63,349 nt of DNA, filler included, from Candidatus Woesearchaeota archaeon (GCA_023266675.1; 8 parts of 8 records of this genome joined end to end with filler, not necessarily neighbours in it); one strand, 5' to 3'; shown: positions 8,882 through 19,105, counted from the whole stretch's first letter. Notes: generated by a model not told the origin, from the letters alone. A program made the numbers and translations.

Positions 8882-9772
8882 TTATTCAATGAAAGCATCA
8901 ATCATTTTGCTAAGCGGAGTTTTAGCTTCAATGCCATCAATCAATTCTAACAACACTCTTGTACGGACATTATTTACTTTAATTTTTTCAAGTTCAACAG
9001 CTATCTCTTTCAAGCGTAACAAGGGAGACTTTTCTCTTAATGTAGCTTTTTCTTTCAAGCCTTTAACATTGCTTGCAGTTGCTTTTACTTTGCTGCCAGT
9101 TGCTTTTGTTTTATCTTCTGCATCATAGATTGCTGAAAGAACCAATTCTTTTTGTTTCTCAACATCTTTTTCTTCACGGATGATTGTTACAACAGTGCTT
9201 CCACTTATTTGTCCTGATTCAACAAATGCTTTAATATCATCATCAAGGTCATTTAATTGCAAGATGTTATAAACTGTTGCCTGAGAGATTCCAAGTGATT
9301 TAACGAGTCCTTTGATGGCTTCTCCACGTTTCAATCCGCTTTCCATATCAAAGTCAATCAATCTTTTATATAGACTTGCTTTTTCAAGGTCAGTCAAAGG
9401 CACTTTTCCAAAGCCAGTTGTTGCCATTATGAGTAAGCGTTCTTTTGTATTGGAAGAAGCAGAACGGAAAGGGATGCGTTCAATTTTTGAGATGTCTTCA
9501 AATCCAGATTTCCCCTCAGAGTGAAATTTAAAAGCCAATTTAACAGCTCTTAGTCTTCGGTGTCCTTCTGTCATAATAAAACGGTCTTCACCACGAACTT
9601 TAAAACCGATAAGAGCGTCAATAACTCCGTTTGCAACGATATTACGAGCAAGACCTTCGATATCTCCGTAGTTATTTTCACTTCTTGCATTAAAGTTTTC
9701 TTCGATTGTAATGTTGCGGTGGTCAACGTGAGCCAAATCCGTGCGTTCTGTTTTTAATGTTTTTGTTTCCAT
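8882..9772 (-). CDS. ParB/Srx-domain protein
   Basis: NFNAR..NYGDIEGLARNI..NGVI, EGHRRLRA (GxRR CTPase motif), downstream HTH LVKSLGISQATVYNILQL. Confidence 0.85.
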   Translation of the reverse strand: METKTLKTERTDLAHVDHRNITIEENFNARSENNYGDIEGLARNIVANGVIDALIGFKVRGEDRFIMTEGHRRLRAVKLAFKFHSEGKSGFEDISKIERIPFRSASSNTKERLLIMATTGFGKVPLTDLEKASLYKRLIDFDMESGLKRGEAIKGLVKSLGISQATVYNILQLNDLDDDIKAFVESGQISGSTVVTIIREEKDVEKQKELVLSAIYDAEDKTKATGSKVKATASNVKGLKEKATLREKSPLLRLKEIAVELEKIKVNNVRTRVLLELIDGIEAKTPLSKMIDAFIE

Positions 9773-9789
9773 GTTTAGAATTTATTTGT

Positions 9790-9818
9790 TTATACGTTTT
9801 TTTTATTAAATTGTTTCA
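9790..9818 (-). promoter_or_regulatory. ECF-type promoter (class B) upstream of ParB-like gene
   Basis: Minus strand TGAAAC-N16-CGTATAA. Confidence 0.65.
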
Positions 9819-9820
9819 AC

Positions 9821-10042
9821 TTAAAGTAATTCTTTTTGACTTATTGATTGTGATATTTCAATGTTATCAGGAGTAAATGTTGTTCCAAACTCATTGGACA
9901 AGTTATCCCAATATTTTTCTAAGGTTTTCTTTGCCTTATCTTCGCTTTCAGCTTCAACGATGGTGTTTTTGCCTTCTTTTTTGCTGCCAGTTTCCATATA
10001 TTGCCTTGTAATCAAGACATAATGGGCTAAGAATGTTTTCAT
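9821..10042 (-). CDS. Phage hypothetical protein
   Basis: ATGA overlap with upstream gene. Confidence 0.7.
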   Translation of the reverse strand: MKTFLAHYVLITRQYMETGSKKEGKNTIVEAESEDKAKKTLEKYWDNLSNEFGTTFTPDNIEISQSISQKELL

Positions 10043-10254
10043 TTGTTTTTGGATTTAATCTGTCTATTGCTTCTCTGTCTTCTTCTTTCCTCAGACATAC
10101 CTCTCAGCACACCTGCATCATAAGCTTGTTCAAGTGCTGTTTTGATGTTCCATACTGCTTGGTCTCTAAAGTCAAGACTGTCAGAATTTCTTGTTTCAAG
10201 AGTTTCTAAATGTAGAACTTCTTTTGCGATTGTTTCGATTGTTGTTGTTTTCAT
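10039..10254 (-). CDS. DUF6900-like small phage protein
   Basis: LETLETRNSDSLDF...VWNIKTALEQAYDAG signature. Confidence 0.75.
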   Translation of the reverse strand: MKTTTIETIAKEVLHLETLETRNSDSLDFRDQAVWNIKTALEQAYDAGVLRGMSEERRRQRSNRQIKSKNK

Positions 10255-10258
10255 TTTT

Positions 10259-10447
10259 TTAATTTAAGGGTTTACCAACTAAGTTTCTAAGTTCGTGAAT
10301 ATCTTTATGTGCAAGATGAATTGCATTGGCAATTGATACAACAATGGAAGGGTCTTCATTCCATTCATCTTTATGCCATCCAACAACTTCTTCTTTGCGG
10401 TGAATGATTGCGATGTAGTCATCGCTTATTTCTATTTTTGTTTTCAT
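10259..10447 (-). CDS. Phage hypothetical protein
   Basis: Start placed at ATG 10447, just after class A promoter. Confidence 0.65.
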   Translation of the reverse strand: MKTKIEISDDYIAIIHRKEEVVGWHKDEWNEDPSIVVSIANAIHLAHKDIHELRNLVGKPLN

Positions 10448-10451
10448 AATA

Positions 10452-10481
10452 TTATAGGTCAATGTTTTTAAAAAAAAGAAA
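10452..10481 (-). promoter_or_regulatory. Class A phage promoter, copy 6
   Basis: Same ends and spacing, divergent middle. Confidence 0.65.
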
Positions 10482-10486
10482 GGTTA

Positions 10487-10747
10487 TTATTCTTCAATTG
10501 TCAATTTACTTATAGCCTCATTCCAACCGCCAGCATATCTATGTTGATTTAAGCCATGCTCTACATATTTGGCAATTATTTTTTCTCTATTTCTATATAG
10601 AATTGGACAGTCAGTTGTAGAATTCCATGTAAATGCGTTTTTTCCAGCCTGAAGAGAAAACATGTTATTTGAGTTGACATCAATATAAACGTGAATTTCG
10701 TTTGGGCCTGGATTAATTACTTCTTTAAGTTTCAAAGTGATTGTCAT
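10487..10747 (-). CDS. Phage hypothetical protein
   Basis: ORF between class A promoters. Confidence 0.7.
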   Translation of the reverse strand: MTITLKLKEVINPGPNEIHVYIDVNSNNMFSLQAGKNAFTWNSTTDCPILYRNREKIIAKYVEHGLNQHRYAGGWNEAISKLTIEE

Positions 10748-10764
10748 AATATTTAGTTTTATTA

Positions 10765-10794
10765 TTATAGGTCAAGGAAAAGAAAAAAAAGAAA
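10765..10794 (-). promoter_or_regulatory. Class A phage promoter, copy 7
   Basis: Same 30-bp motif. Confidence 0.7.
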
Positions 10795-10795
10795 T

Positions 10796-11205
10796 TTAGA
10801 AAGAGATTATTTTATCAAATACCAATGTTGCTCCTGCAATATTTTTTTTCAGCAATTTCCTTTTTGCCTTAGCTTCAGTCTCAGCGAATATTTTACAATA
10901 CGTTCCACCCTGAGCAATTACATTATATAAGTTCATACCATTTGCTGACACAGGAATAAATCCTATAGGGTCATAGTAAATGTGTTCTTCAGCTCCAATC
11001 AAAAGTTTTATTTTATCGGGTTGGTCGCCATAATAACTTCTTTGTTTCATAATGAACGTAGCAAGTTTGGCAAACTTTTCAATATATCTTGGTCTATCAG
11101 TTTCAACCTTGAAGGTCATTCCGTACCAACGGTCAGGTTCATCCATATTTGCCTGGAATGTAATTTCTCCCATTGTTTCAAGATGGTCGTCATCTCCGCC
11201 ATAAC
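10796..11205 (-). CDS. Phage hypothetical protein, 5' truncated
   Basis: Frame stays open to the contig edge. Confidence 0.65.
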
Positions 11206-11305
11206 NNNNNNNNNNNNNNNNNNNNNNNNNNNNNNNNNNNNNNNNNNNNTTAATTAATTAANNNNNNNNNNNNNNNNNNNNNNNNNNNNNNNNNNNNNNN
11301 NNNNN
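11206..11305. other. Artificial contig spacer (also 22492-22591, 33456-33555, 36463-36562, 39426-39525, 50084-50183, 60552-60651)
   Basis: Identical N44-TTAATTAATTAA-N44 linker with stops in all six frames. Confidence 0.98.
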
Positions 11306-11543
11306 AGATAGTTGGTGTGGATGCCTGCTGGTTAAAGTAAACGTAAAGAGTTTGAATAAACCGGTTGTCAGTTATTGCATCAGACAATGTTATATGCAGA
11401 ATGCATTTTTTAGGTGCATAAGTGCTTACAACATCCCGTCTTATCTTTATGCATCTTTGAGAAACAAGTTTTGATTTGTCTTCCTCTTTTTTTCTTGCAA
11501 GCGCTCCTGGTAATTTAAGGCTTCCGTCAGGGTTGAATTCCAT
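11306..11543 (-). CDS. Hypothetical protein, 3' truncated
   Basis: ORF MEFNPDGSLKLP runs into the gap. Confidence 0.7.
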
Positions 11544-11628
11544 TACAACTTGTTTTTTTGTCTTGTTTAAATTGCTTTGTTTTTTTAATAATACATACCA
11601 TTAAGACATTCATTAAAATACTTAAGAA

Positions 11629-12036
11629 GTGAATTGTGAAAAACTGATTAAAGAAGCAAGAAATTCTATGAATACATTTTGTTTTGAGGAGTGCAAATCT
11701 TACTGCTGCAGAAAAGGCTATCTTGTTTTAACAAAGGAAGAAAGCGAGGTTGTAGCAGGAGAGAAATTAGAGAGTTTAATTGTAAAAGATGTTGTAAAAA
11801 AAACTGATGACGACAATTATTCGTTACATATAAATCCGTGTCCGTCGTTAAAAGACAATAAATGCAGCATTCATAAAGATCCAAAGAGACCAACAGTTTG
11901 CAGAGAGTTTCCAATATTTTTATGGAGTAACAAAGTTATCCACGTCTCAAACAGATGCCTTTTTGTGAAGCAGGGATTATTGTATCCTTACCTAGCAGAG
12001 TTGAAACTTAAAGGTTACAAATTAGAGTATGAATAA
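11629..12036 (+). CDS. YkgJ-family (CxxCxxCC) cysteine-cluster protein
   Basis: CFEECKSYCC, CPSL...CSIH..RPTVCREFP. Confidence 0.85.
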   Translation: MNCEKLIKEARNSMNTFCFEECKSYCCRKGYLVLTKEESEVVAGEKLESLIVKDVVKKTDDDNYSLHINPCPSLKDNKCSIHKDPKRPTVCREFPIFLWSNKVIHVSNRCLFVKQGLLYPYLAELKLKGYKLEYE

Positions 12037-12048
12037 AATAAAAAAAGA

Positions 12049-12306
12049 TTACATTACTTCAGCGCTGTTTTGTGCTGATGTGCCGCATGCTGGACAGATT
12101 CTGTCTTCAATATCGAGTGATTGCCTGCAGAATTTGCATAGCTTTTCATCCAGCTTTTCCTGTATCTCCTCGTCGTAGCCAATCATAAAGGATTCCTCAC
12201 TAAGAGATACTTCATCATCATTTAATAATTCTTCAACTTCTTTTACTGAATAAATGTCTTCTTCCTGTTCTTCTCCAAAGTATTCATCTTCTCTCATAAA
12301 GACCAC
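12049..12306 (-). CDS. Acidic protein with C-terminal zinc ribbon
   Basis: D/E-rich; CKFC...CPACG. Confidence 0.7.
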   Translation of the reverse strand: MVFMREDEYFGEEQEEDIYSVKEVEELLNDDEVSLSEESFMIGYDEEIQEKLDEKLCKFCRQSLDIEDRICPACGTSAQNSAEVM

Positions 12307-12509
12307 CCCTGGACTAAGAGTTATATGCTTTCTTTATATTTAAAGCTAGTCTTTAAGTCGAATAAAATAAAAGAAAAGAAGAGGGTCAATCAAAAAAGAC
12401 CAACCCTCATGTTTTTTGTACACCGACCTTTTTAGGAAAAAGCTCGAGCAAAAATAGGAAAGAATAAAGAAAAGTGAGTCAGCAAATGCCAACCCACTTG
12501 TTTTTTGTA

Positions 12510-12593
12510 CGCCACGACTCGGATTTGAACCGAGATATCCTTTCGGAAACCAGCTCTCAAGGCTAGCGCATTACCAGATTGTGCCATCGTGGC
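12510..12593 (-). tRNA. tRNA-Ser(UGA)
   Basis: Acceptor stem GCCACGA/TCGTGGC, anticodon loop CT-TGA-GA, long variable arm, GGTTCAAATCC T-arm, G discriminator, CCA not encoded. Confidence 0.93.
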
Positions 12594-12745
12594 AGTGAAG
12601 TTTGTTTTGTTTGTGGTAATTTACTTGCGCTAACAATGTGAAGAAATAGGGTTTATTTAAAAAATTGTTGATTTTGAAGATAAATTAAGTAATATCACTA
12701 ATAAGTAACAAAAGATATATAAATATTTTAAGTTTTCATAAAAAG

Positions 12746-13264
12746 ATGGATAAGATTACTTTAACAAGATTAGATATGTATTTTGGTCAGATTGGTATAC
12801 CTATTAGAAAGTTAGATGTAAGTAATAGATTTCAAATACCTGCAGAATACATCTCAGTTATTGCTACAAGAAACCAATATAATTTAAGGTATATGTTAAA
12901 GGATTTTTCAATAACCGATGGATATGTGTGTTATAATGGTAAATTAGCGTTTAAGATAGATAAAAAGGCACTTTCTGATGATTATGAAAGAACATCAATC
13001 TCAACTGAGAACATAAATTTAGAAATATTGAATAAGACACTCTATTTTAAAAAAATTAAAGAGGGAAAAGAACTGAGAGTTTATGCTGCTTTAGATTGGA
13101 TAAAAAAACCGCAAACACTCGATAATTGTTTTGATTGTGTTATGGATGATGGAAGAAGAGTATTGCTTCCTTCACACGCAATAGAATTATTAAATACTAC
13201 AGATAAACAAGTCAGAATAGAAGGTAGTGAGAAAGGAGATTACTTTAGTATAAGAAAAAGTTAG
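12746..13264 (+). CDS. MraZ-like tandem AbrB/SpoVT-domain protein
   Basis: KLDVSNRFQIP and MDDGRRVLLP...VRIEG..GDYFSI resemble the two DxxxRxxIP repeats of MraZ. Confidence 0.5.
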   Translation: MDKITLTRLDMYFGQIGIPIRKLDVSNRFQIPAEYISVIATRNQYNLRYMLKDFSITDGYVCYNGKLAFKIDKKALSDDYERTSISTENINLEILNKTLYFKKIKEGKELRVYAALDWIKKPQTLDNCFDCVMDDGRRVLLPSHAIELLNTTDKQVRIEGSEKGDYFSIRKS

Positions 13265-13307
13265 TTCTTAAAAATTATTTAAAAAAAATATTAGAAAAAC
13301 CCGGGTT

Positions 13308-13619
13308 TTACGAGTCTATCATTTCGATTTCAATATTCAAACCTTCTGGGATTGGCACTCTCATAACCATTCTTAATGCTCTTTCATCAATTCCAAGGTC
13401 AATTAATCGCTTGTGGATACGCATTTCGTATCTGTCCCATGTTGCAGTTCCGTCACCGCATGGACTTTTTCTTGTTGTGATTTTGAGCTTCTTTGTTGGA
13501 AGGTGTATTGGTCCTCGTATTTCTACGCCTGTCTTTTCTGCTATATCCTGGATGTATTTACATGTATCATTAATTTTTGAAATATCAATACTTGCTAATT
13601 TTATTCTTGCTTTCTGCAT
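13308..13619 (-). CDS. rpsJ: Ribosomal protein uS10 (archaeal type)
   Basis: [26 protein letters not shown]. Confidence 0.97.
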   Translation of the reverse strand: MQKARIKLASIDISKINDTCKYIQDIAEKTGVEIRGPIHLPTKKLKITTRKSPCGDGTATWDRYEMRIHKRLIDLGIDERALRMVMRVPIPEGLNIEIEMIDS

Positions 13620-13713
13620 TCTTTATTCCTCCCGTCTTAATGTTTATGTTTTGTGATTACCACATGATAAGCTAAGTTTACCATGACCCAAAAAAGGTAA
13701 AATAAAAAAATAT

Positions 13714-15003
13714 TTATGCTTTTTTAACTAGGTCAATGCACATACCTGCTGCAACTGTGACTCCTGAATCCCTTATGGCGAATCTGGATAGTTGTGGTAT
13801 GTCTGATTTCTTTTCGATAACCAGTGGCTGCATTGGTTTTAGCCTTACTATTGCTGAGTCTCCGTTTCGCAGGATTTCTTTGTTTTCTGTTATTTCTGCT
13901 CCTGTTTTTGGATCCATCTTCTTTACTATTTCTACGAATTGGCAAGCTATCTGCGCTGTGTGTAAGTGGAACACTGGTGTGTATCCTACAGTTATGACGC
14001 TTGGGTGGTTTAGTACAACGATTTGTGCTGTGAATTCTGTAGCTACTGTTGGAACGTTTGTTTCGTGTCCGATTACGTCTCCTCTCTGTACAGATTTCTT
14101 TTCAAATCCTCTTACGTTAAATCCGATGTTGTCTCCTGGTTCAGCTTTCTGAAGTTGTTCGTGGTGCATCTCGATTGTTTTGACTTCGCCGTGAACTCCT
14201 TTTCCTTCTCGTCCAGGTACTGCGATTATTTTGTCTCCTATCTTGATTATTCCTGTTTCAACTTTTCCAACTGGTACCACTCCTATTCCTGTGATTGAGT
14301 ATACGTCCTGGATTGCAAGTCTTAATGGCAGACTTGTTGGTTTTTCAGGCTGTTTTAATTCGTTTATTGCTTCCATTAATGTTGGTCCTTTGTACCATGG
14401 CATCTTATCTGATCTCTTTACAACGTTTTCGCCGTGAAGTGATGCAAGTGCTACGAATGTTATTTCGTCTGGTTTGTAACCAACTGATTTTAATAGTACT
14501 GATACTTCAGCTTTTACTTTGTTGAATCGTTCTTCCTTGTGGTCAACGCCAGAGATGTCCATCTTGTTTATTCCGATTATTATCTGCTGGACTCCTAGTG
14601 TTCTTGATAAGAATACGTGTTCTTTTGTCTGGGAGTTTATTCCGTCGTTTGCTGCTACAATTAATACTGCTGCGTCAGCCTGTGATGCTCCTGTTATCAT
14701 GTTCTTGATAAAGTCTTTGTGGCCAGGTGCGTCGATTATTGTGAAGAAGTATTTTTCTGTTTCAAACTTCTTGTGTGCTAGGTCAATTGTGACTCCCCTT
14801 TCTCTTTCTTCCTTTAGGTTGTCCATGACGAATGCGAATTCGAATCCTTTTTTACCTAGTTCTTCTGCTTTTTCTTTCAGTTTTCTCATTGATTGTTCGT
14901 CTACGTTTCCAGAGTCGAATAATAATCGTCCTACTGATGTTGATTTACCGTGATCAACGTGTCCTATGAATACAAGGTTCAAGTGTGGTTTATTTGCTGC
15001 CAT
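13714..15003 (-). CDS. tuf: Elongation factor 1-alpha
   Basis: [30 protein letters not shown]; start at ATG 15003 after GGAGG. Confidence 0.97.
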   Translation of the reverse strand: MAANKPHLNLVFIGHVDHGKSTSVGRLLFDSGNVDEQSMRKLKEKAEELGKKGFEFAFVMDNLKEERERGVTIDLAHKKFETEKYFFTIIDAPGHKDFIKNMITGASQADAAVLIVAANDGINSQTKEHVFLSRTLGVQQIIIGINKMDISGVDHKEERFNKVKAEVSVLLKSVGYKPDEITFVALASLHGENVVKRSDKMPWYKGPTLMEAINELKQPEKPTSLPLRLAIQDVYSITGIGVVPVGKVETGIIKIGDKIIAVPGREGKGVHGEVKTIEMHHEQLQKAEPGDNIGFNVRGFEKKSVQRGDVIGHETNVPTVATEFTAQIVVLNHPSVITVGYTPVFHLHTAQIACQFVEIVKKMDPKTGAEITENKEILRNGDSAIVRLKPMQPLVIEKKSDIPQLSRFAIRDSGVTVAAGMCIDLVKKA

Positions 15004-15163
15004 TGTTTTTTCCTCCGATATATTTGTTTTTTTGTGAATAGCCAACCCTTAATTTTAAGAGTAAGCTTCGAAATTTGCGCCTATTTAAAAATGTTATGGT
15101 TTTCTGGTGTATTTTCTGAGTTAAATACTTGAAAAACTTAGAAAGCTTGAAGTGTTTATATAG

Positions 15164-15499
15164 TTATTTAGATACAATTTTTTGCATCTTTTCCTTTAAA
15201 TCGTTTAATTTGTTCTGAATTATATCCCAAACAATATCTTTATCGACTTCCCAATATTTATGAGTAATTACATTTCTAAAATCTTTTACTTTTCTAAAAT
15301 CAATTTCTTTATGGGAATTCTTAAAATCTTCAGGAAGCTGGCTTGCCGCTTCTCCTATTATCTCAAGATTTCTTACAACTGCATCTATTATTATGTGTTT
15401 TGAGGAGAATTCTTCAAATGTTAAAGATTCAGTGTAATCTTGAACTTTGTCAATCGCATTCAATATATCTGTGAGATATAGTTTATATTCTCGCTTCAT
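15164..15499 (-). CDS. HepT (DUF86) HEPN RNase toxin
   Basis: DAVVRNLEIIGEA, RNVITHKY (Rx4H). Confidence 0.9.
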   Translation of the reverse strand: MKREYKLYLTDILNAIDKVQDYTESLTFEEFSSKHIIIDAVVRNLEIIGEAASQLPEDFKNSHKEIDFRKVKDFRNVITHKYWEVDKDIVWDIIQNKLNDLKEKMQKIVSK

Positions 15500-15797
15500 A
15501 CTTCTTACCGCCTAATATATATGGTTTTAATTCTTCTCTTACAAGATTCTTTTTTACCAAATCAATGTTTCTTTCAAAAGTTTCTTCAAAAAGATGTAGA
15601 AGATTTGTATAATCATCAAAAAGTCCTCTTTTATTTTCAAATTCCACTAAAAAATCGATATCACTATTGTTTTTTTGAGTATCTCTAGCGTATGAACCAA
15701 AAAGAGTCAGTTTTTTAACGCCTAAATTTTTTATGATTTTACTATTTAGTTCTATAGTTTTCAGTATTTCTTCCTTAGTCAATAACTTTTTAACCAT
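15483..15797 (-). CDS. MntA-type minimal nucleotidyltransferase antitoxin
   Basis: LFGSYAR...SDIDFLVEF. Confidence 0.9.
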   Translation of the reverse strand: MVKKLLTKEEILKTIELNSKIIKNLGVKKLTLFGSYARDTQKNNSDIDFLVEFENKRGLFDDYTNLLHLFEETFERNIDLVKKNLVREELKPYILGGKKYEARI

Positions 15798-16063
15798 AAC
15801 AAGATTAAGTCTAAACTTATATATAAATATGAGCGAAATAAATGAATATAATTCAGTTGGTTATATTTTGTAACCGACTCAATTTCAACTTACACAAATT
15901 GGGGGCAATTCAGTAAAACATTAATATAACTATAATGAGAGTAGCAATTTGCCACCGCCCCTTTTCAACTGTACGATAAAATCGTACAACTCAATGACTC
16001 TTTTGATTAGATTTATGTCTTTTCAGAAATTATTAGAAATAAAAAATAATAAAATAAAAGGTT

Positions 16064-18244
16064 TTATGAGCTCTGGTCTTCCATCTTTAAGCCTTTACGG
16101 TTTCTGATTTGGCTTACTATTTTTATTTGTAGTTCGCCTGGTAGCCTTTCAAAAGTTTGGTCTATTAAGCTTGAGCTTCCTCGTCCGCCTGTTGCTGACC
16201 TTAGTTCTGATGCCATTCCAAACATTTCGCCGACTGGTACTCTTCCTTTAACTGTCATTTGGCTTCCTGTCTGGTCCATTTCAAGCAGTTGTCCTCTCTT
16301 GTTAGAGATTAGCTTTGAGATTTCTCCCATGAATTCAACTGGGGCTTCAAATCTTAGAGTCTGTACTGGTTCAAGCATTACAGGGCTTGCTGTTAGCATT
16401 GCGCCTCTGATACCTTCTCGAATTGCTGGGTACATCTGTGCTGGTCCTCTGTGGATTGCGTCTTCGTGAAGCTTACAGTCTGTCAAGATGACTTTTATCT
16501 TATTGCATGGTTCTCGCGCAAGTGGGCCGTTTCGCATTACGTCTTCAAACATGTCAAGGAGCAGTTCCATTACTTCGCCTATGTATACAATTCCTCTTGT
16601 CATGTCGATGAAAAGGTTTCCGTTGTAGACGTCTTTTATGTTGTCTGCAACTTTTGTTTCGTATCCTCGCTCGGTGAACTTGTTTCGAAATTCAAGGTCT
16701 TTACGTTTGACTCTCATTTCAGGGATTTCGCCGCTTCTTATTGCTGCATAGATATCATCTTCAAGCGGTTCTACTTTGAAGAAGATGTGGTTATGCTTGT
16801 TAGGCGACTTTCCCATTATTTCTTGTGAAAGTTTGGTTACTGTTTCCCTGTAAACGACAATTGGCGGAGATGTTGTTAAATCTACTCCTTTTTCTGTCCT
16901 GATTCTGTTTTCTATGACTTCAAGATGCAATTCTCCCATTCCACTCATCAAGTGTTCGCCTGTTTCTTCGTTGATTTCAATCTTGATTGTTGGGTCTTCT
17001 TTCATTACTTTTCGAAGTACTTCGACAAGTTTTGGAAGGTCTGATGGTCTTTTTGCTTCGATAGCTTTTGTGATTACCGGGTCAAACAAGTGTGTGATTT
17101 CTTCAAATGGCTCTGTTTTTTCAAAAGTTATTGTTTCTCCAGGTCTAGCTTTGACGCCGGAAACTCCGATGATGTTTCCTGCTGGAACGTGGTCTACTAT
17201 TTCTCTTTTTGCTCCGTTATAGATGAATACCTGCTGTATTCTTGATGGAAGCTTCATTCTGTTTAGGTAGACGTCTAGGCCTTTGCTCATGGTTCCTGAG
17301 AACAGTCTTCCTGCTGAGATTTCCCCTGCTTGCGGGTCGACTACTACTTTTGTGATTACGAAGAATAGTGGTCCGCTCGGGTCGCATGTTGCAAGTGATT
17401 TTCCTTCTACTGATTCGATGTCTCCGTGCCAGATCTTTGGGATTCTGTATTCTTGCGCTGCTGTTGGCGTTGGGTGGTGTGTAACTACCATGTTAAGTAC
17501 CACTTCGTGTATTGGCGCTTTCTTTGCGAGGGCTTTTCTTTTGTCTTCATCTTCTGACTGGTATGCATCAATTACGTCTTTGAATGTTATTCCTTTCTCT
17601 TTCATGTATGGAATTGAGAGTCCCCAGTTGTGGAATGCTGAACCAAATGCTACTGTGCCGTTTAGTACGTTTACCTGCCATTTTGCTCCGTATTCTTTTG
17701 GCGCTATGTCCATGATTAACTGGTTTACGTGGTTAATTATTGACACGAATCTTTCCTGCATTTTCTCTGGTGTAAGCTGCAGTTCTTTGATTAGCCTGTC
17801 TACTTTGTTGATGAATAGGATTGGTTTTACTCTTTCTTTTAGAGCTTGTCTTAGAACTGTTTCTGTCTGTGGCATTACTCCTTCTGATGCGCAGCATAAA
17901 ACGATTGCGCCGTCTACTGCTCTCATTGCTCGAGTTACGTCTCCACCAAAGTCTACGTGACCTGGTGTATCGATTAGGTTGATTAGGTATTCGTCTCCTT
18001 TGTATGTGTGCACCATGGATACTGATGCTGCGTCGATTGTGATTCCTCTTTGTATTTCGTCTTCGTGAAAGTCAAGAACGCATGCTTTTCCTGCTAGGTC
18101 CTCACTCATCATTCCTGCGCCTGCGAGGAGGTTGTCTGAGAATGTTGTTTTTCCGTGGTCAATGTGAGCACAGATAGCTATGTTTCTGATGTTTTGAGGT
18201 TTCTTCATAATCCTCGTTACTTTATCAACCATTTTTTCTGCCAT
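16064..18244 (-). CDS. fusA: Archaeal elongation factor EF-2
   Basis: AHIDHGKTT, DTPGHVDF, diphthamide loop HEDAIHRGPAQ. Confidence 0.97.
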   Translation of the reverse strand: MAEKMVDKVTRIMKKPQNIRNIAICAHIDHGKTTFSDNLLAGAGMMSEDLAGKACVLDFHEDEIQRGITIDAASVSMVHTYKGDEYLINLIDTPGHVDFGGDVTRAMRAVDGAIVLCCASEGVMPQTETVLRQALKERVKPILFINKVDRLIKELQLTPEKMQERFVSIINHVNQLIMDIAPKEYGAKWQVNVLNGTVAFGSAFHNWGLSIPYMKEKGITFKDVIDAYQSEDEDKRKALAKKAPIHEVVLNMVVTHHPTPTAAQEYRIPKIWHGDIESVEGKSLATCDPSGPLFFVITKVVVDPQAGEISAGRLFSGTMSKGLDVYLNRMKLPSRIQQVFIYNGAKREIVDHVPAGNIIGVSGVKARPGETITFEKTEPFEEITHLFDPVITKAIEAKRPSDLPKLVEVLRKVMKEDPTIKIEINEETGEHLMSGMGELHLEVIENRIRTEKGVDLTTSPPIVVYRETVTKLSQEIMGKSPNKHNHIFFKVEPLEDDIYAAIRSGEIPEMRVKRKDLEFRNKFTERGYETKVADNIKDVYNGNLFIDMTRGIVYIGEVMELLLDMFEDVMRNGPLAREPCNKIKVILTDCKLHEDAIHRGPAQMYPAIREGIRGAMLTASPVMLEPVQTLRFEAPVEFMGEISKLISNKRGQLLEMDQTGSQMTVKGRVPVGEMFGMASELRSATGGRGSSSLIDQTFERLPGELQIKIVSQIRNRKGLKMEDQSS

Positions 18245-18410
18245 TATATATCACTCCGTGTTAAGCGTTATTTTATTTTTATTTTAGTGTATTCCATTTT
18301 TGGGATACGCTTTGTTTTTGGTCAAACTTTTTAGCGAACTGAGGCTTGTTAGCCGAAGCTTGGTCATTTTTTGTTTTGTAAAAAATGACTGAGCGTCTAA
18401 AAAGGTTGTG

Positions 18411-18890
18411 TTACTGCGTGTGTACTTCGTGTACTGTTTTGTAATTGTGCATTTCTGATTTTGTGAACCAAAGCGCTATTTCGTATTCGGCGTCTTTCTT
18501 ATTTCCAGATGCGTGTATCAGGTTCTTTATTGGGATTCCTTTTTGGTCTGCGTAGCTGTATGAGTGGTGCGAAAAGTCTCCTCTTATTGTTCCTGGCGCT
18601 GCTGATTTTGGTTCTGTTGAGCCAACCATTTTTCTTACTGTGTCTACTGATGAAACTCCTTCAAGCACCATGCCTATGACTGGTCCTTGTATTATGAATT
18701 CTTCAAGACCTTTGTAAAAAGGTTTGTCTACGTGTTCTCTGTAGTGCTTCTTTGAAAATTCCGGTGTTACCCATACCATTTTCATAGCTACTATTTTCAT
18801 GCCAACTTGCTCAAATCTTTTTATTATTTCGCCTGTAAGCCCTCTTTGGACTGCGTCTGGTTTTAGTGCGACGAAGGTTTGTTCAATCAT
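18411..18890 (-). CDS. ndk: Nucleoside diphosphate kinase
   Basis: [23 protein letters not shown]. Confidence 0.96.
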   Translation of the reverse strand: MIEQTFVALKPDAVQRGLTGEIIKRFEQVGMKIVAMKMVWVTPEFSKKHYREHVDKPFYKGLEEFIIQGPVIGMVLEGVSSVDTVRKMVGSTEPKSAAPGTIRGDFSHHSYSYADQKGIPIKNLIHASGNKKDAEYEIALWFTKSEMHNYKTVHEVHTQ

Positions 18891-19095
18891 CTTTTTTCGC
18901 CTCTGGTTTTTTTGCCTGGCCGTGCTTTAGGTTCTGGTACTCGTTTGACCATTTTGTCTGCCTTGGCTTTCTATTAAGCTTGTTTGTATTTTTTTCGCAT
19001 TTGTTTGAGCAGAAATAAAATATTTTTCCATCAACTTTCACAAACATTTTTCCTGTTCCTTTTGGGATTTCTAAATTGCAAAATGAGCATTTCAT
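18883..19095 (-). CDS. rpl24e: Ribosomal protein eL24
   Basis: [26 protein letters not shown]. Confidence 0.95.
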   Translation of the reverse strand: MKCSFCNLEIPKGTGKMFVKVDGKIFYFCSNKCEKNTNKLNRKPRQTKWSNEYQNLKHGQAKKPEAKKDD

Positions 19096-19105
19096 GTTGT
19101 TTCAC

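Noticed and set aside
682..10794. 30-bp repeats as a CRISPR array
   Set aside because: Separated by whole genes at irregular distances; no cas genes
1..11205. Stop-codon recoding in the phage contig
   Set aside because: Recognisable genes are intact and densely packed under the standard code
11250..11261. TTAATTAATTAA repeated seven times within N runs
   Set aside because: Artificial six-frame stop linker; ORFs running through X residues are artefacts
13411..17960. Long antisense ORFs over tuf and fusA (also over hppA, uvrA, nrdJ and the pilus ATPase)
   Set aside because: Shadow frames of conserved genes
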